Source: Gracilinanus agilis (lineage: Eukaryota). From it: a stretch of 64,000 bases of DNA. The stretch covers positions 228,402,803 to 228,466,802 of the forward strand of contig NC_058133.1 in the NCBI RefSeq assembly GCF_016433145.1, in the 5' to 3' direction. Shown here piece by piece: positions 45,801 through 57,370 of this stretch. Position 1 is the stretch's first letter; every line of letters begins with the position of its first letter. The notes beneath the pieces were generated by a model. That model made no database searches. It saw only the letters and a program-made list of their open reading frames with translations, and was not told the origin of the DNA. The translations under genes and the position numbers were made by a program.

Positions 45801-48800
45801 TCCCCACTATTAATATTAAAAATGATAAAGGCTGGTATAAATATATAAATTAGTATTTTAATTAAAGCCATGTTTATAGATAAAGTTATCAGACCACGCG
45901 CTTGTAAGCATTCAAAACTGCCGCCTCCATTACTGTCTCCTCTTTCCTGGCCATGGCCTACTCGCAAAAGAGACCACTCCCTCCTAACCCAGGAGATTTA
46001 AACTCTTCCTGCGTCGACGTAGACCTCCCCATGCCCCCAAAGACCCGGAAACGGAAACAGCTGGACCACGGGAAATGTAGTTTTGATACATTTCCCATGT
46101 CCATAGAAATATATACACTTCTAGATGGCTTTTCCCAATTTTCACTTTTACACAACCCAAAGAAGAAGAAGTGGGGTTGAGGGGTCTGTGCACCTCAATT
46201 TATACTCCTTTCCTAACTGTCAGATTGGCACATGCCCAGGGCTGCTTTGCCAGGTTCTGAGTTCTAAAGGGGCAAATTGCTTTCTGCACCTACAGAAAAT
46301 GGTTGACTATTTCTATACATTACAGTATGCCCATTTTGTCTTATGTGGATCTGCACCTTGTAGCATCTCATGTATCCATGTTCAGATGTTATTGGCATGT
46401 AATGTCTATTCAATGGGATTAAAGGAAATATATGCAAAGCAATTTGTAAACATAAATAAATATGTGTGTGTATATACATATATATATGTATATATGTATG
46501 TATATGTATATGTATAAATCTCAGCTATGAATATTCCCTGGAAAGGCCAACAGATACCCTCTGCTCTAACCTGCTGGAGCAACCTCAGGCAGCTGAAACC
46601 AAGTGATTCAGAGACTTCCCAAGGGTCAGTCACCCAGGGAATTCTAATGAATCAGGGAAGATGACTTCACTTCTTTCTCTTCTGTTTCTGTTACTTTTTT
46701 TTCTTTCTTCCCCCCTATCTATGCTTTAATAATAATATCAGTCCCTTAAATTTGTATATCTTTAACTTTTCAAGATACTTTCATACCTGTCATCTTGCTT
46801 TATCTTTATATATGAGGAAACAGAATACCTAGAATAATCAAGTGATACCTTTAATTTGAAGCAGAGCAGATACTAGAAGTCAGTCAGTTCCCTCCAGCTG
46901 CTGCTGCTTTTTTTTTTTTTTAAACCCTTACGTTCTATCATAGAATCAATACTATATATTGGTTCCAAGGCAGAAGAATGTTCAGGGCTAGGTAATGGAG
47001 GTAAAGTAATGTTTCCAGAATCACACAACTAGGAAATATCTGAGGTCAGATTTGAACCCAGGCTCTCCATCCACTGAGATTCCTAGCTGCCCCACCTCCA
47101 GCTTATTTCTTAGCCTGACTGTGTGTGCGTGTGTGCGCACATGCATGCATGTGTATTTTCTTAGTTGCTGCTCCTTAGCCCTGGGGTAGAGATTCAGTGT
47201 TTTGAGGGAGCACAAAAATACAGTCCTACTATAGCTTTGGGAATACTAAGATGTTGTCCTTGTGGTCAGATGTGGCTAAGCCTGGGCTTGTCGGGTTCAA
47301 GAATCAGGGATTAGGCAGAGCATACTGGGAAGGATATAGTGCCAGAATTATCTTCTTGTCCTACATGACTTCTAGTCCCTCCTAAACTTGGATCCCACCC
47401 CGCAGAGGCCTGATGTCCCTAGGTAACATCAAGTGACTCAGCTTTCATTTCCTGAGTTCTAGAAGCAGAGAGCAGACCACACACACAGTCCTGGAGGAAA
47501 ACATCTCTTCCCTCCCTGTCTCCATTCCCAAATCTTAAGTCAGAACTATAAATTGGGGGTTTGGATCAGACTGTGATCCTCTCTTCTCTCCTCTGGCACA
47601 GGCTCTGCAGGTGAAGCCCTTCTTAGCACCATCCAGAAGGCTGTTGAGGTGGTGGCTAATGCTGTGCTCCCTGGGCATGAGAGCTCCACTATCCAGAGTC
47701 AGGTGCTGAGGGAAGACACCTACCAGCCTGTAGTGGCACCCTCTGCTGGCCACGGTCACTTTGCTCCTAGGAAACCGCCATCAGTGCCCACCCAGAGTGT
47801 CCGAGGTATGATCCCATGGATGCTTCTCCTCTTCCTGTTTGATTCTCTCGCCACCCATCAATGAGCAGATTTAGGGAGAATGACCACCCCACAGAAGAGA
47901 ATCTAGGTTCCATTCCTTGCCATCAGGCAAACTTTTCTTCTCTCCTAGGACCAGAAGTCCATAAGGATAGGGATAGAACATTGCCTTTCTTAAGCTAACA
48001 TTGTATAGACAACCTACGGGTTGAGGGTAGAGTGTAAAGAAAGAGCTGCATGAGGACAGCTAGGTGGCACAGTGGATAGAGTGCCAAGCCTGGTTTTGGG
48101 AGGTCTTGGGTTCAAATGTGATCTTTGCAGCTATGTGACCCTGGGCAAACTACTTAATTCCTTTTATCTAGCCCTTGCCCTTCTGTCTTAGAATTGTTAC
48201 TAGAATAGAAATAATGGTTTAAAAAAAAAAGCTGCAAATTCAGTGATGTGAACTCAATGACCCTCAGCAATTTAGTGAAGGATAAAGAGATGGAAGGTAA
48301 GGACATGGAATCTTCTATATGATAACAGTGAGTTTCCACTTATATTGTCCTTGCTGGGGCTAACTTCATAAGTTAGTGAGTGAGGAGATCTAGGGAATCC
48401 CATATCTCAAAGGTTCTTAGCCTGATTTCTCCTGTGTTCTGCCTCACCTTGTGCTCCTCAGCTATTTTCATCCCTTAGCTCTTTACAGAATGTATTTGTA
48501 AAAGTCTTCCCAGTTCTCTGGAGAGGTTATCATCATCAGTCCCATTTATAATGACAAGACTTGGCCTCAGGAGGGTAGGCCTTGTCAACATTGTATAGAG
48601 CTTCAGTGGCAGGACCTAGACTTCAGGGCCTCAGGGTTGACCTCATGCCCGCTCTCCTTTTGAGCCTCACTTCCTCTTTGGTCTGCCTCAGCAAAATAGA
48701 AAAAAAAGGCATCTTTAGGCCTTTGAGCAGAGCCGGCTCCCATACTCTACCTGGCACAGTGCCTTGTACCCAGCAGATGCTTTAATAAATCTTTGTTGTA

Positions 48801-51800
48801 TTGAATTGACTTGAATCCAGCAGATCAACACAGACCCTTCTCCTCAGGGGCTCTGCCCTTTATGGCTACTCCCGTGGAGTCTCCGATGGATGGAGTCCCC
48901 ATAGAGCTGAGGAGCGGGTGACATGGGAAGGACTGAGGCTCTTTTTGGGGCTTATCTGACATCCCCATTTCTGCAGTGAGGCACCAGCCTGGGCAGGCGG
49001 GGGGCGGCTGGGAGGAGATGGACAGTGACCCCAGCTCCCAGAACTCATCTCAGGAGAACGGGGAACTCAGCAGAGCCTCCGACTCTGGAAGCAAATCTGA
49101 CAGCGATAGCCACTCAGGAGCCAGCCGGGAGATTGGAGATATAACAGAGAGGTAAGCCATCACTGGTAATTTGGGAAGTTGATGGTCTGAGCTACTGCAG
49201 CAGAAGGGGTCTGTCTTTGTCAGGTTTCCCTTTTATTTCTAGGCAGGGATCAGTGGTCAGAGCTACTTCTGTTTTAGTTGTCTCTCTAGAAATCTACCTG
49301 GAGAGACGTCTACCTTTTTTCAGCAGAGGGGTGGTAGACTGTAGGAATGGGATGAAGCATACGTTTTCAGACATGGGCAAATTGTTGGTTTGTTTTGTTT
49401 GACTATACTAATTTGTAACAAAGGGAGAGAAAGTTTTATTGTGGGAAAGGAAGAGAGTGTATGTATATCTGAATCTTTAGGAAGAACAATCACAACAATA
49501 ATAAAAAGAATCTCTCCCAGTATGAGAGACAGACAGACAGACTCCAACCAACCAACCTAGAAACTTTCCTGGTCCACATCTTTTCTTTCCAACCAACTTT
49601 CCCTTTACTAACATTGAATTTTTTGGGACCTGAAATTGGACATTGGATCTAGTTCCACTCTCCCAAATTTGACCACTAAAGGGAGATACTAGGAAGGTGA
49701 AAGAGAAGACAATTCCCTTCTGACTGCCTAGATGCCCCTTTACTCGTGACTGTTATTGTCCAATGACTACCCCTGCTTGCCCACTGCCTATACTCCTCAA
49801 AAAGAAGTACATTTCAGCACAGCAGCTCATTGTCTAGGTGTGCATCTGACTTGATTTCCTCTTCTGTTCCACTGCCTTGATTTTATTTTGCAAAGGTTAC
49901 ATCCATGTATCCCCAGTTGGGTTAGGAAATAAAAGTCAGAGTTTAAGATAGGGTCCAAACAACCATGTGACCTAGTGCCTGTAAGGTCACTTGCTGATGA
50001 CAAGGGGATGAGTCGGAACTCTTGAACCTTTCCCTCTGTGACTCCAGCCACCCAAAATTCTCAGCCTCCAGTTTCTGGGGAAAAGTTTACATGAAATTAT
50101 GCTTTCTGACAGGGTAGAGGCTGTACCACTGAGTGACTGTCTACAAGAGATGAGCCTTGTGAGCACCGTGACCCAGGGACCTCGGGTCTTTCTGACTCGA
50201 GAGGAGGTGCAGCATTTCACCAAAGAGTGAGCCACTCACACCTTCTCTGCACTCATTGCTGCTTCTTCCCAGGCCTCTGTTTCCCTGAACTGGGGACCTG
50301 ACCAGTTCTTGGAGGGAGGTGGAGAGGAAATAGGGGAGATGATCCTAACTTTTGGAAGCATAAGACTGACTGAAGCCTGAGCCTGGGCTAAGTGCCATCA
50401 TTCTTCTGGAATTAATATTCTGGATGATCAGAGTCACTTCCTACTTCCATACACTGCTTTCCTTTCCTGGTCATGCTAATGCCCAGAGCTTTAACACCAG
50501 CATCAGAGGCATAGTCATATATTTCCCCCTGTGCTGGCCTTCCCCAGGCCTGTGGCCTCCCTCCTTGGTCTGTCTCCCTGATGATGGCCACCCCCTACTC
50601 TCCCCAGCATCCTGAGCCTTCTTTGCTAGATCTTTTTCAATAGAATCACTTACCTTTTCTCTCCTATAGGTGTGGGCTGCTCAATTGTGAAGCAGTATTG
50701 GAACTCTTGAACCGGGAACTTGGAAGAACCAATGAATGTGTTCAGATGGTGAGAGGGATAGGTAGAGAGTGGGAGGCAGGGAAGAAAAGGAAGGGAATAA
50801 GCATGTATTAAGTGTTTACTATGTGCCAGATTCTATGCTAAGAGCTTTGTGAATATTATCTCATCTTATCAACAACTCTGTGAAGTGGGTTCTATTATGA
50901 TCCTCATTTTACAGTTGAAGAAACTGAGGCAGATAGAGGTTCTCTGATTTGCCCAGGGTCACACAGCTAGTATGTGTCTGAGGCTAAATTTGAACTCTGA
51001 CCTTCATGATTCCAGGCCAAGTGCTCTATACTGTGTTGCTTAGGAGCCTATAGTGACCACCCAGATTGTCTCTCCAATTTCCCTGAACTTTCCCCAGGCA
51101 TGTATAGCTCCTTCTTTTCCAATCAGAATGCTGATAGCTTTGGTGGCTGTAATTCAGCATGATCAAAATAGGGAGGCCTTGCTAAACTGTTTGTCCTTAT
51201 CTCTGTCATTTTCCTCTCACCAAGTAGTTGGAGAGAACATTAGGAGTTGGAGAATTGTCCATTAGTCACTTCTGGAACTTTCTTGATTCATTACCATTTG
51301 GCAAGCCCTGGGCACTAAGAAATTAAATGGTCAGGAAGGATGGGAGTATGGAGGAGAAGGCTTACTCTGTGTCCTCCCCTCACTCTTGGGTGAGAGAAGA
51401 AAAGCCAAGAAGGGAGCCAGGCAAGCATGAAATCAGGCTGACCCTGGGAGTGGTCTCTGAAAAAGGCAGCAGGTGCCAGCTCTCCTCTTTTGCCCCATGG
51501 GACAGACATGGGTTTGGCAGCACTTTGGGGAACTGTATGATTGACCTTCCCTCATCTTCTCCTCAGAGAGCCATGTGTGCCATCTTCTCCCTCATGTGCT
51601 CCGATCTGCTTTCTCAGGACCATATTTTCTTCATCATCCAACCCAAGCTGCAACAGCTTAGTGAAGGGAGCCCTGGCCCTGTGACCAACAAGGCAACCAA
51701 GGTGGGTAGCTCTCTGGCTTAGTTTTGCCTGCAGGTGTAAGTAGGCTGTTGGGCTTGAGTGTAGGATAACTCCTTTTTCTTGGGTCATCATGGAGGCAGC

Positions 51801-52906
51801 ATCTTTGTGGTTTCTCAAATTATGCAAAGAAACATGAAGCTATTAAAGGGATTGGTTCTTGCTCCTTCTGTTGCTTAAAAGAATGAATGAAAAAACATTT
51901 GTTGTTATTATTTGTTAGATCTGCTAACCCAGTCCTCTTAATCAAAGTACCCAGGGATGGCAATGATGAATGTGACAAGTAGAAACAACCAGATGGCTGT
52001 GGAGGAATGATTAATCTGCTTGTTCTACTCTCCTTGGAGCCATAATTCATATTTCTTTTTTTTTTTTAAATTTTAACTCTTAACCTTCCATCTTAGAATC
52101 AATACTGTGTATTAGTTCCAAGGTAGAAGAGCAGTAAGGGTTAGTCAGTGGGAGTCAAGTAATTTGCTTAGGGTGCTAGGAAGCATCTGAGACCAAATTT
52201 GAACCCAGAACCTTCCATCTTGAGGCCTGGCTCTCAATCCACTGAGCCACCAAGCTTCCCCTTTCATGTTTCTTTAAACCACAGATGATTAAGTTCTGCT
52301 TTCTCTCCCTGTTTCCAGATTTTGAGGCAGTTTGAGGCCCTGTGCCGAAACCATCCCTCCCACAAAAGACCCCTGTCACAGGCCAGCGCCAGTTCATCTC
52401 ATCCCGCTCTTTGCCCAGCTGACCTGCTGACAGATGTTGCTCCTTTAGCTGGAGGCGAGTCATTTCTGCAGCCAGTGAGTTCTTCCTCTTCCCTGCCCAG
52501 GGGCACAGCCACAGCATCCCCAGCAGACCAAGAAATAACAACTATCTCAGCACAAGGAGATATCACTCCTGCTAAAAGAGGTCTGGAGGAGGCTGAGCCC
52601 AGATTGGTAGGTGAACATGGGACTGGATCTAGCCAAGATTCTTCAGGCACTAATGCTGCAAATGGCACGTTGGAGCCAGACATTGTTCCTGAAAGTGGCC
52701 TTTTGGCCTCCCCAACCATCCCCTGCTCTTTGTTTGCCGGCCTGGAGTTGGTGGCTCACACAGGTGTGGTTGTGACTGGGGCTGCTAGAGAAGAGCCTCT
52801 CCAGCTAGCATCAAGTTCTGAGGCTCCATGGAGATTATCTAGAGGAGCCACCTCACAGGAGGCTCCTAGTCCAGAACTATCTGCCTTCGCCTTCTTAAAT
52901 GCATGA
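39025..52906 (+). CDS. TEPSIN: TEPSIN (ENTHD2), AP-4 accessory protein; 13 exons, 1818 nt, 605 aa
   Basis: join(39025-39069,40725-40797,41310-41401,41661-41754,43292-43359,43739-43817,44043-44114,47602-47805,48977-49151,50113-50226,50670-50748,51567-51701,52319-52906). All phases consistent. ENTH N-terminus LRDRLSFLHRLPIL; AP-4 ear-binding motifs LFAGLELV and SAFAFLN. Confidence 0.96.
40725..40797 (+). CDS. TEPSIN: TEPSIN exon 2
   Basis: ctag|CTCCCA; LPILMKGTSDDDVPCPGYLFEEIA; donor gtatcctttt (U12-type). Confidence 0.95.
41310..41401 (+). CDS. TEPSIN: TEPSIN exon 3
   Basis: cccag|AAATT; KISHESVGSSQCLLEYLLNRL...KLK|gtaagc. Confidence 0.95.
41661..41754 (+). CDS. TEPSIN: TEPSIN exon 4
   Basis: cccag|ALKILLYMCSHGS...FIQEAA|gtatca. 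Confidence 0.95.
42332..42487 (-). mobile_element. hAT MITE, internally deleted
   Basis: TIRs TAGTGTTGGCAAACC / GGTTCGCCATCACTG; degenerate 8-bp TSD tccttgag/tcctacag. Confidence 0.75.
42749..43077 (+). mobile_element. hAT MITE of the same family with an internal (AC)n expansion
   Basis: CAGTGATGGCAAACCTTTTAGAGAC ... TAGGTTCCCCATCAC; flanks tcttagag/tcctacag. Confidence 0.78.
43292..43359 (+). CDS. TEPSIN: TEPSIN exon 5
   Basis: tgtag|VFGGLPDPLHGNSLYQKVRMAAQ|gtgagt. Confidence 0.95.
43739..43817 (+). CDS. TEPSIN: TEPSIN exon 6
   Basis: ttctag|DLASALFSD...PST|gtaaag. Confidence 0.93.
44043..44114 (+). CDS. TEPSIN: TEPSIN exon 7
   Basis: cccaag|GMGSQASSYSTLQGFGYTKDRGSS|gtgagt. Confidence 0.93.
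45151..45354 (-). mobile_element. Young SINE with an atypical 3' tail and 12-bp TSD
   Basis: TSD TTGTCTAACTCT at 45139-45150 and 45355-45366; long poly-T; CpGs intact. Confidence 0.88.
45499..46452 (-). mobile_element. Outer, older solo LTR interrupted by the 345-bp LTR (5' boundary approximate)
   Basis: TATAAA at 46199-46204 and AATAAA at 45669-45674 on -, on opposite sides of the insert; ends ...AAATATTAACA at 45499. Confidence 0.5.
45808..46152 (-). mobile_element. Solo ERV LTR (345 bp) nested in an older LTR
   Basis: Minus strand TGTAAAAG...AATATTAATA; TTTAAA and ATTAAA signals; 4-bp TSD ccac/caac (1 mismatch); 10 CpGs in 45895-46075. Confidence 0.7.
46905..47093 (-). mobile_element. 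Opossum-type SINE
   Basis: Poly-T then aaacccttacgttctatc ... ctagctgcccc; TSD cctccagct. Confidence 0.82.
47602..47805 (+). CDS. TEPSIN: TEPSIN exon 8 (204 nt, symmetric, probable cassette)
   Basis: cacag|GSAGEALLSTIQKAVEVVANA...EDTYQP...|gtatga; phase 1-1. Confidence 0.9.
48053..48230 (+). mobile_element. CORE-SINE
   Basis: gacagctaggtggcacagtggatagag ... ggttcaaat ... tagcccttgcccttctgtcttaga, A tail. Confidence 0.78.
48977..49151 (+). CDS. TEPSIN: TEPSIN exon 9
   Basis: ctgcag|VRHQPGQAGGGWEEMDS...SDSHSGASRE|gtaagc. Confidence 0.94.
50113..50226 (+). CDS. TEPSIN: TEPSIN exon 10
   Basis: gacag|VEAVPLSDC...GPRVFLTREEVQHFTK|gtgagc. Confidence 0.94.
50670..50748 (+). CDS. TEPSIN: TEPSIN exon 11
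   Basis: tatag|CGLLNCEAVLELL...ECVQM|gtgaga. Confidence 0.94.
51567..51701 (+). CDS. TEPSIN: TEPSIN exon 12
   Basis: ctcag|RAMCAI...GSPGPVTNKATK|gtgggt. Confidence 0.94.
52055..52262 (-). mobile_element. Opossum-type SINE just upstream of the last TEPSIN acceptor
   Basis: cttaaccttccatcttagaatcaatactg ... ctcaatccactgagccacc. Confidence 0.82.
52319..52906 (+). CDS. TEPSIN: TEPSIN terminal coding exon
   Basis: ccag|ILRQFEALC...LFAGLELV...SAFAFLNA*. Confidence 0.95.
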   Translation: MLRQFEALCRNHPSHKRPLSQASASSSHPALCPADLLTDVAPLAGGESFLQPVSSSSSLPRGTATASPADQEITTISAQGDITPAKRGLEEAEPRLVGEHGTGSSQDSSGTNAANGTLEPDIVPESGLLASPTIPCSLFAGLELVAHTGVVVTGAAREEPLQLASSSEAPWRLSRGATSQEAPSPELSAFAFLNA

Positions 52907-54614
52907 ATGGCCAATGCTGCAGATTGGGCCATTGCCCCTTGTCTTCCTTGTCTTGAAAAGGACTTTGCACATCCGGCTGCCTATGACTATCCCCTGGCTT
53001 CCTTCTCACCATGTATGTTACTAATCTGTTCACAGGCCCTCTGACTGCCCCCAAAACGTGATTTCCCCTCTTGTATTTCTGTCATCTTCCATTGCTGTGT
53101 CTGCATTCCCCCTCCCAGGGGAATTCTCACCACCTCCAAGCCAATTCCTAGTGATGGCAACCCTATACTAACTAAGCAGACCACTGGAATAACTAATTAG
53201 AAACAGAAAGGACCAGTGCTCAGCATGGGGTTTTTTGATCAGCAACAGGAAGAGGAAACTATTTTAGATATACAAGGAATGCCCTATGTGGTATTTCCAA
53301 AGCATTCAGAAAGAACTGAAACTGATCAATGCTAAACTTTATTCAAACATTAAGATGAGTGAGCAAATATGATCCCTTTTCAAAACCTGTCGTTCCACCG
53401 TTAATGTTTGTTTCCCTCTAGTAGAGCTGGTTTCATATTTCATAATCTTACATGCCTTATATCTGTGTAGTTTTCCATGGAACTTTTAAAGAATTGGGCC
53501 ACTAGTTAGGCCAATCAGGATTATTGTTGGACCCTCATAAAGTGCCCCAGCCACAGAAGGAGCTCTGGCCCTCTCTAACAGTCAAGGACTCTGTTTAACA
53601 ATACTTTATGGCCTTAGGAGAGAGGGTGAATCCTAGACCACATTGTTGGACCTTCTTGACTTTGGGAAAGGGGAACAGTAAGGAAACTTGGCTTTCTTGA
53701 GCTATACTTATCTCAGAGACACAGTTTGTGAACTCTCCCCTCTCCTCAGAGCTTATACCCAGGCAGGCTCATGGTTAGTGTGTCTCCAGATCCTTTAGCC
53801 AATTTAATGATCTTCTGAACATTCAACCAATCCCTTTCTGGCTCTGTCTGGGAGTACATATTAGTACTCAGTTGCACAGTTTCAGGTAGAGCATTATAAA
53901 GTAAAGAGCTCATTAAGCAGAAAAAAGAGGCCTTCAGTCCTCATAAGATGTGCCTATCTTGGCTCCTTAATGATCAGGAGGGTTTGGAGAGGAAAAGCTC
54001 CTATAAATCCATAGAATCTGAGTAGAGAATCTTTTGGTTGAGTTCCCTCCTGGGAATCCATTCTATATCCAGCAAATACTTCCTTTATCTATTTCACACT
54101 GATAGCTCAACCCTGAGTCACATTGAGGGCTAAAGATACTTGAATAAGTGGAGTAGAGAAGTTGTATTTAATCTCAAATGGCCTTTGGGTATGTTTTAAG
54201 GTCTGTTAGGTAAGAAAACAGAAATCTCCTATCCATAGGTGAAGATAACAGGCCATAGGCTTTGGCCAGAGCTAGTATAATTTCTAGATCATTTGAAATT
54301 GGGTGGGGGAGCAAGATGGATGGGTCTTACCTTTTTTTTGGAAGGCAGCAACTGATATTTGATGGAATATAGCCCACTGCACTGTCCTCTTTTCCTTCCA
54401 CATCTCTCTTCTAGCTTTGGCCTGCTCATTTGGATTTGGATTCCTATGGTGCTCACGAGCAGGTTGCAAAGGTGCTTCCAGAAACACTGGCCTTCTACTT
54501 GTTGGCACTAGGCCTAGCTAGGTAGGGTCACTCACCAACTGCTCGGTCAATACCTCTAGAGCAAGAGAACTCTAGGCAGTTTTGCTCTTTGTGATTTAGA
54601 AACCCCTAGAAATC

Positions 54615-54772
54615 NNNNNNNNNNNNNNNNNNNNNNNNNNNNNNNNNNNNNNNNNNNNNNNNNNNNNNNNNNNNNNNNNNNNNNNNNNNNNNNNNNNNNN
54701 NNNNNNNNNNNNNNNNNNNNNNNNNNNNNNNNNNNNNNNNNNNNNNNNNNNNNNNNNNNNNNNNNNNNNNNN
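54615..54772. other. Assembly gap (N run)
   Basis: N bases. Confidence 0.99.
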
Positions 54773-56639
54773 AAAATTATTTTTTAAATGCCTTGCCATT
54801 CTGATGAAAATCTTCCTTGCTTACATGGTGATCATAATATCTGGAAACTGTACCTCTATCTTCCTCACTCCCAAGGAATGGAGATTTCACAGTTAAGTGT
54901 TTAATTGAAGAAGTGGACTTGAATTAGATTCTGGATCAAGGTTGCATCTTGTGGTCTAGCCTCCTGTTTTCTGACACTTTTTTATTCATGTGATGGTCTT
55001 CTGTTCAATGTCTGTCTATTTTTCGGCCATACTTACTCTTGCCATAAATTGTTGTTTAGAGTTGTAAGGGTTGGGGAAAACCCTGGAGGGAGCATCCCAT
55101 CTCTGTGGAACTTGTGGGGGGTGCTGGTTGTTTACACTTTCTTAATAAACACTATTGGATATTTACACAGAGTTGGAATTTCTTTCTTAATGTGCTGTTA
55201 TGGGGCTATGATGATCATTCTACTGCTCTAACATTAAGAAGGTAATATATCTGCTTCAACCTCCTAACTGAATGTTGATGAACTCTCTGAGCTTCAGTTT
55301 CCTCATCTGAAAAAATGGAGATCACAATACCCATAGGACTTACCTGAAAGGATTGTTGTGAAGATAAATAAGAACTATATTGCACTCTGAAAATGATTAT
55401 TGAGATTGTGCGATGCACATATACACCAAAATATCAATGGCAGCATTTTTTTGAAGTAGTAAATGAAGTGGGTACCCACCAATTGCAGACTAGCTAGATG
55501 AATTGTGATTCATTCATGTAATGGAATATGATTGTGCTGCAAGAATAAAATCAATAAGCATTTATTAAGCACCTGAGATTTGCCAGGTATTGTGCTAAGC
55601 ACTGGAAAATACTTATTGGTCATAAATAATATAAATGACACAGATGAATAGAAAAACATAAACCAAATACTTTGGTAAGCAGAACCAGAGAAACAATATG
55701 GACAATTATTACTATAGTATAACTGAGAAGAATAAAAATAAAAGCAAAGCCACACTTTGATTCTCTACTCTTGGTTCCAAAGAGAAGAAAAGCAGAGACT
55801 ATGGGTATAGAATATTTCATGTGCCGTCAGGCTGCTGATGTGTGGGTCAGTAATCCTGAAGCCTTTTTTCTCCTTTGTTAAAAGGGATGGTTTATTGGGG
55901 TGAAAATTTGGGAACCTTTCAATCAAGAATTAGTGGTACAAAAGGAAAGGAAAACCATCCCACAGATTTGTACCCTAGATTTAAGATGAGTAGATTTCAA
56001 AGGGTTTGGTTTTGTTAACTATTTGAATATAATTGATTCCTTTTTGAATCCTATGTATTTCATTATATGCATTTAAAAATATTCTAAGAAAGGGTCCATA
56101 AACTTAACTAGATTTGCCTAACTCAAAAAAGGGTTAATAACGCCTTTTAGTGGCATTGATTGTACTTTGGCTTCTCTGAAGAGTCTTCTTTTAATTCTGT
56201 ACTTCTGGCTACCAACTACAATCTAACTTAAACAAATATGCTTCTATTTTTAAAAAAAGATCCCCAAATTTGACTAGGTGTTAAAGAATCGGCATACCTG
56301 TCAGTCTCCTTGCTCCATTGACAGGGAAGGCTTCATGACCATTTTATTCTCTGGAACAAAGTCAGCACAGCAACCCTTCCCAACCTTCTTGAAACCAGTT
56401 GTTTAAGCATGGACCTCTTGGGTCCTCATTGACTCATCTTAAAGACTTTTCTTCCATCATCACCTCTCCTAGATTCTTTGCTCTCTTAAGGCCTCCCAGT
56501 CCTCATTCTCTGACCTTTCTTTCTTAATTTCCCTCTCTTCTGCCTCATGCCTTTCCTTTTTTCCTCTTTTTTTCCTTTTCCTCCCTAATTTTCCCCCTGA
56601 TCCTTTGGCTTCACAGGTCACCATACTCTCCAGCTTTGG

Positions 56640-57370
56640 CTCCCACCCCCAATAGAGATCTCTTCTCTCCCCGCTCTCTCCAGGCCGGGGCCACGCCTCC
56701 TCCGCCTCAACCAATCGCAGATCTTCCCCTCTCTGCGTGCCTCTCCCGCCCCCGTGGTCCCCCAATGGACTGCAGAACTGGCCAGTGAATTCCTGGGATC
56801 TCCATAATCGGGGCCTGGCCTCAGCCAATAGAAATGGAGAAAAGAGGAGGGCGGGCTCGGAGGGAGTGACGCGGTGGGTGGTGCCAGGCGGGTTGCTAGC
56901 TGCCAGCGCTACTCTTTCCCTCCTCCCACCTCCTCTCCTCGCCTGTCGCCCCCGTTACCCCTCTCCCGCCCTGGTTCATTGTTCCCGGGGGGGGGCTCCT
57001 CGGCCGGGAGCTGCTGCTCGGGCCGGGTTCGAGGAGACACCACAGGGGGAAGGTCGGGTCCTACGCCGGCCAGACTCGATCCCCCTTCGAGGGTGCCCCC
57101 CGAGCCAGGCCTGGGGCTGTGGAGCCTGACCGCAGGCGGACTCCAGTGAGGTCGAGGGAAAGAAGAAGAACGTGGGGAGCCGGTCCGGACCTCTTCTCCT
57201 CTGGCTCATATTCTGCCACACCCGAGGACAGGGAAGGGGAGGGTGTCCTTTCTTCTCCTCCCCGACCCCGGGCTCCTGCATCATTACAGGGCTGAGCAGG
57301 TAAGAGCTACTCGGGGTCCAGAGGTGCTGAGGGTCGAAGTGGGGTGATTGTGGAGGATGAGACATCCACG
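56640..57370 (+). promoter_or_regulatory. CEP131 CpG-island promoter and probable non-coding exon 1 (strong donor CAG|GTAAGA after 57299)
   Basis: Dense CpG; CCAAT at 56711, 56762, 56825; GC boxes; lies 1.3 kb upstream of the CEP131 ATG exon. Confidence 0.75.

Noticed and set aside
48848-48917. Possible 70-nt poison exon before TEPSIN exon 9
   Set aside because: Good acceptor but weak donor (CGG|GTGACA); no independent support.
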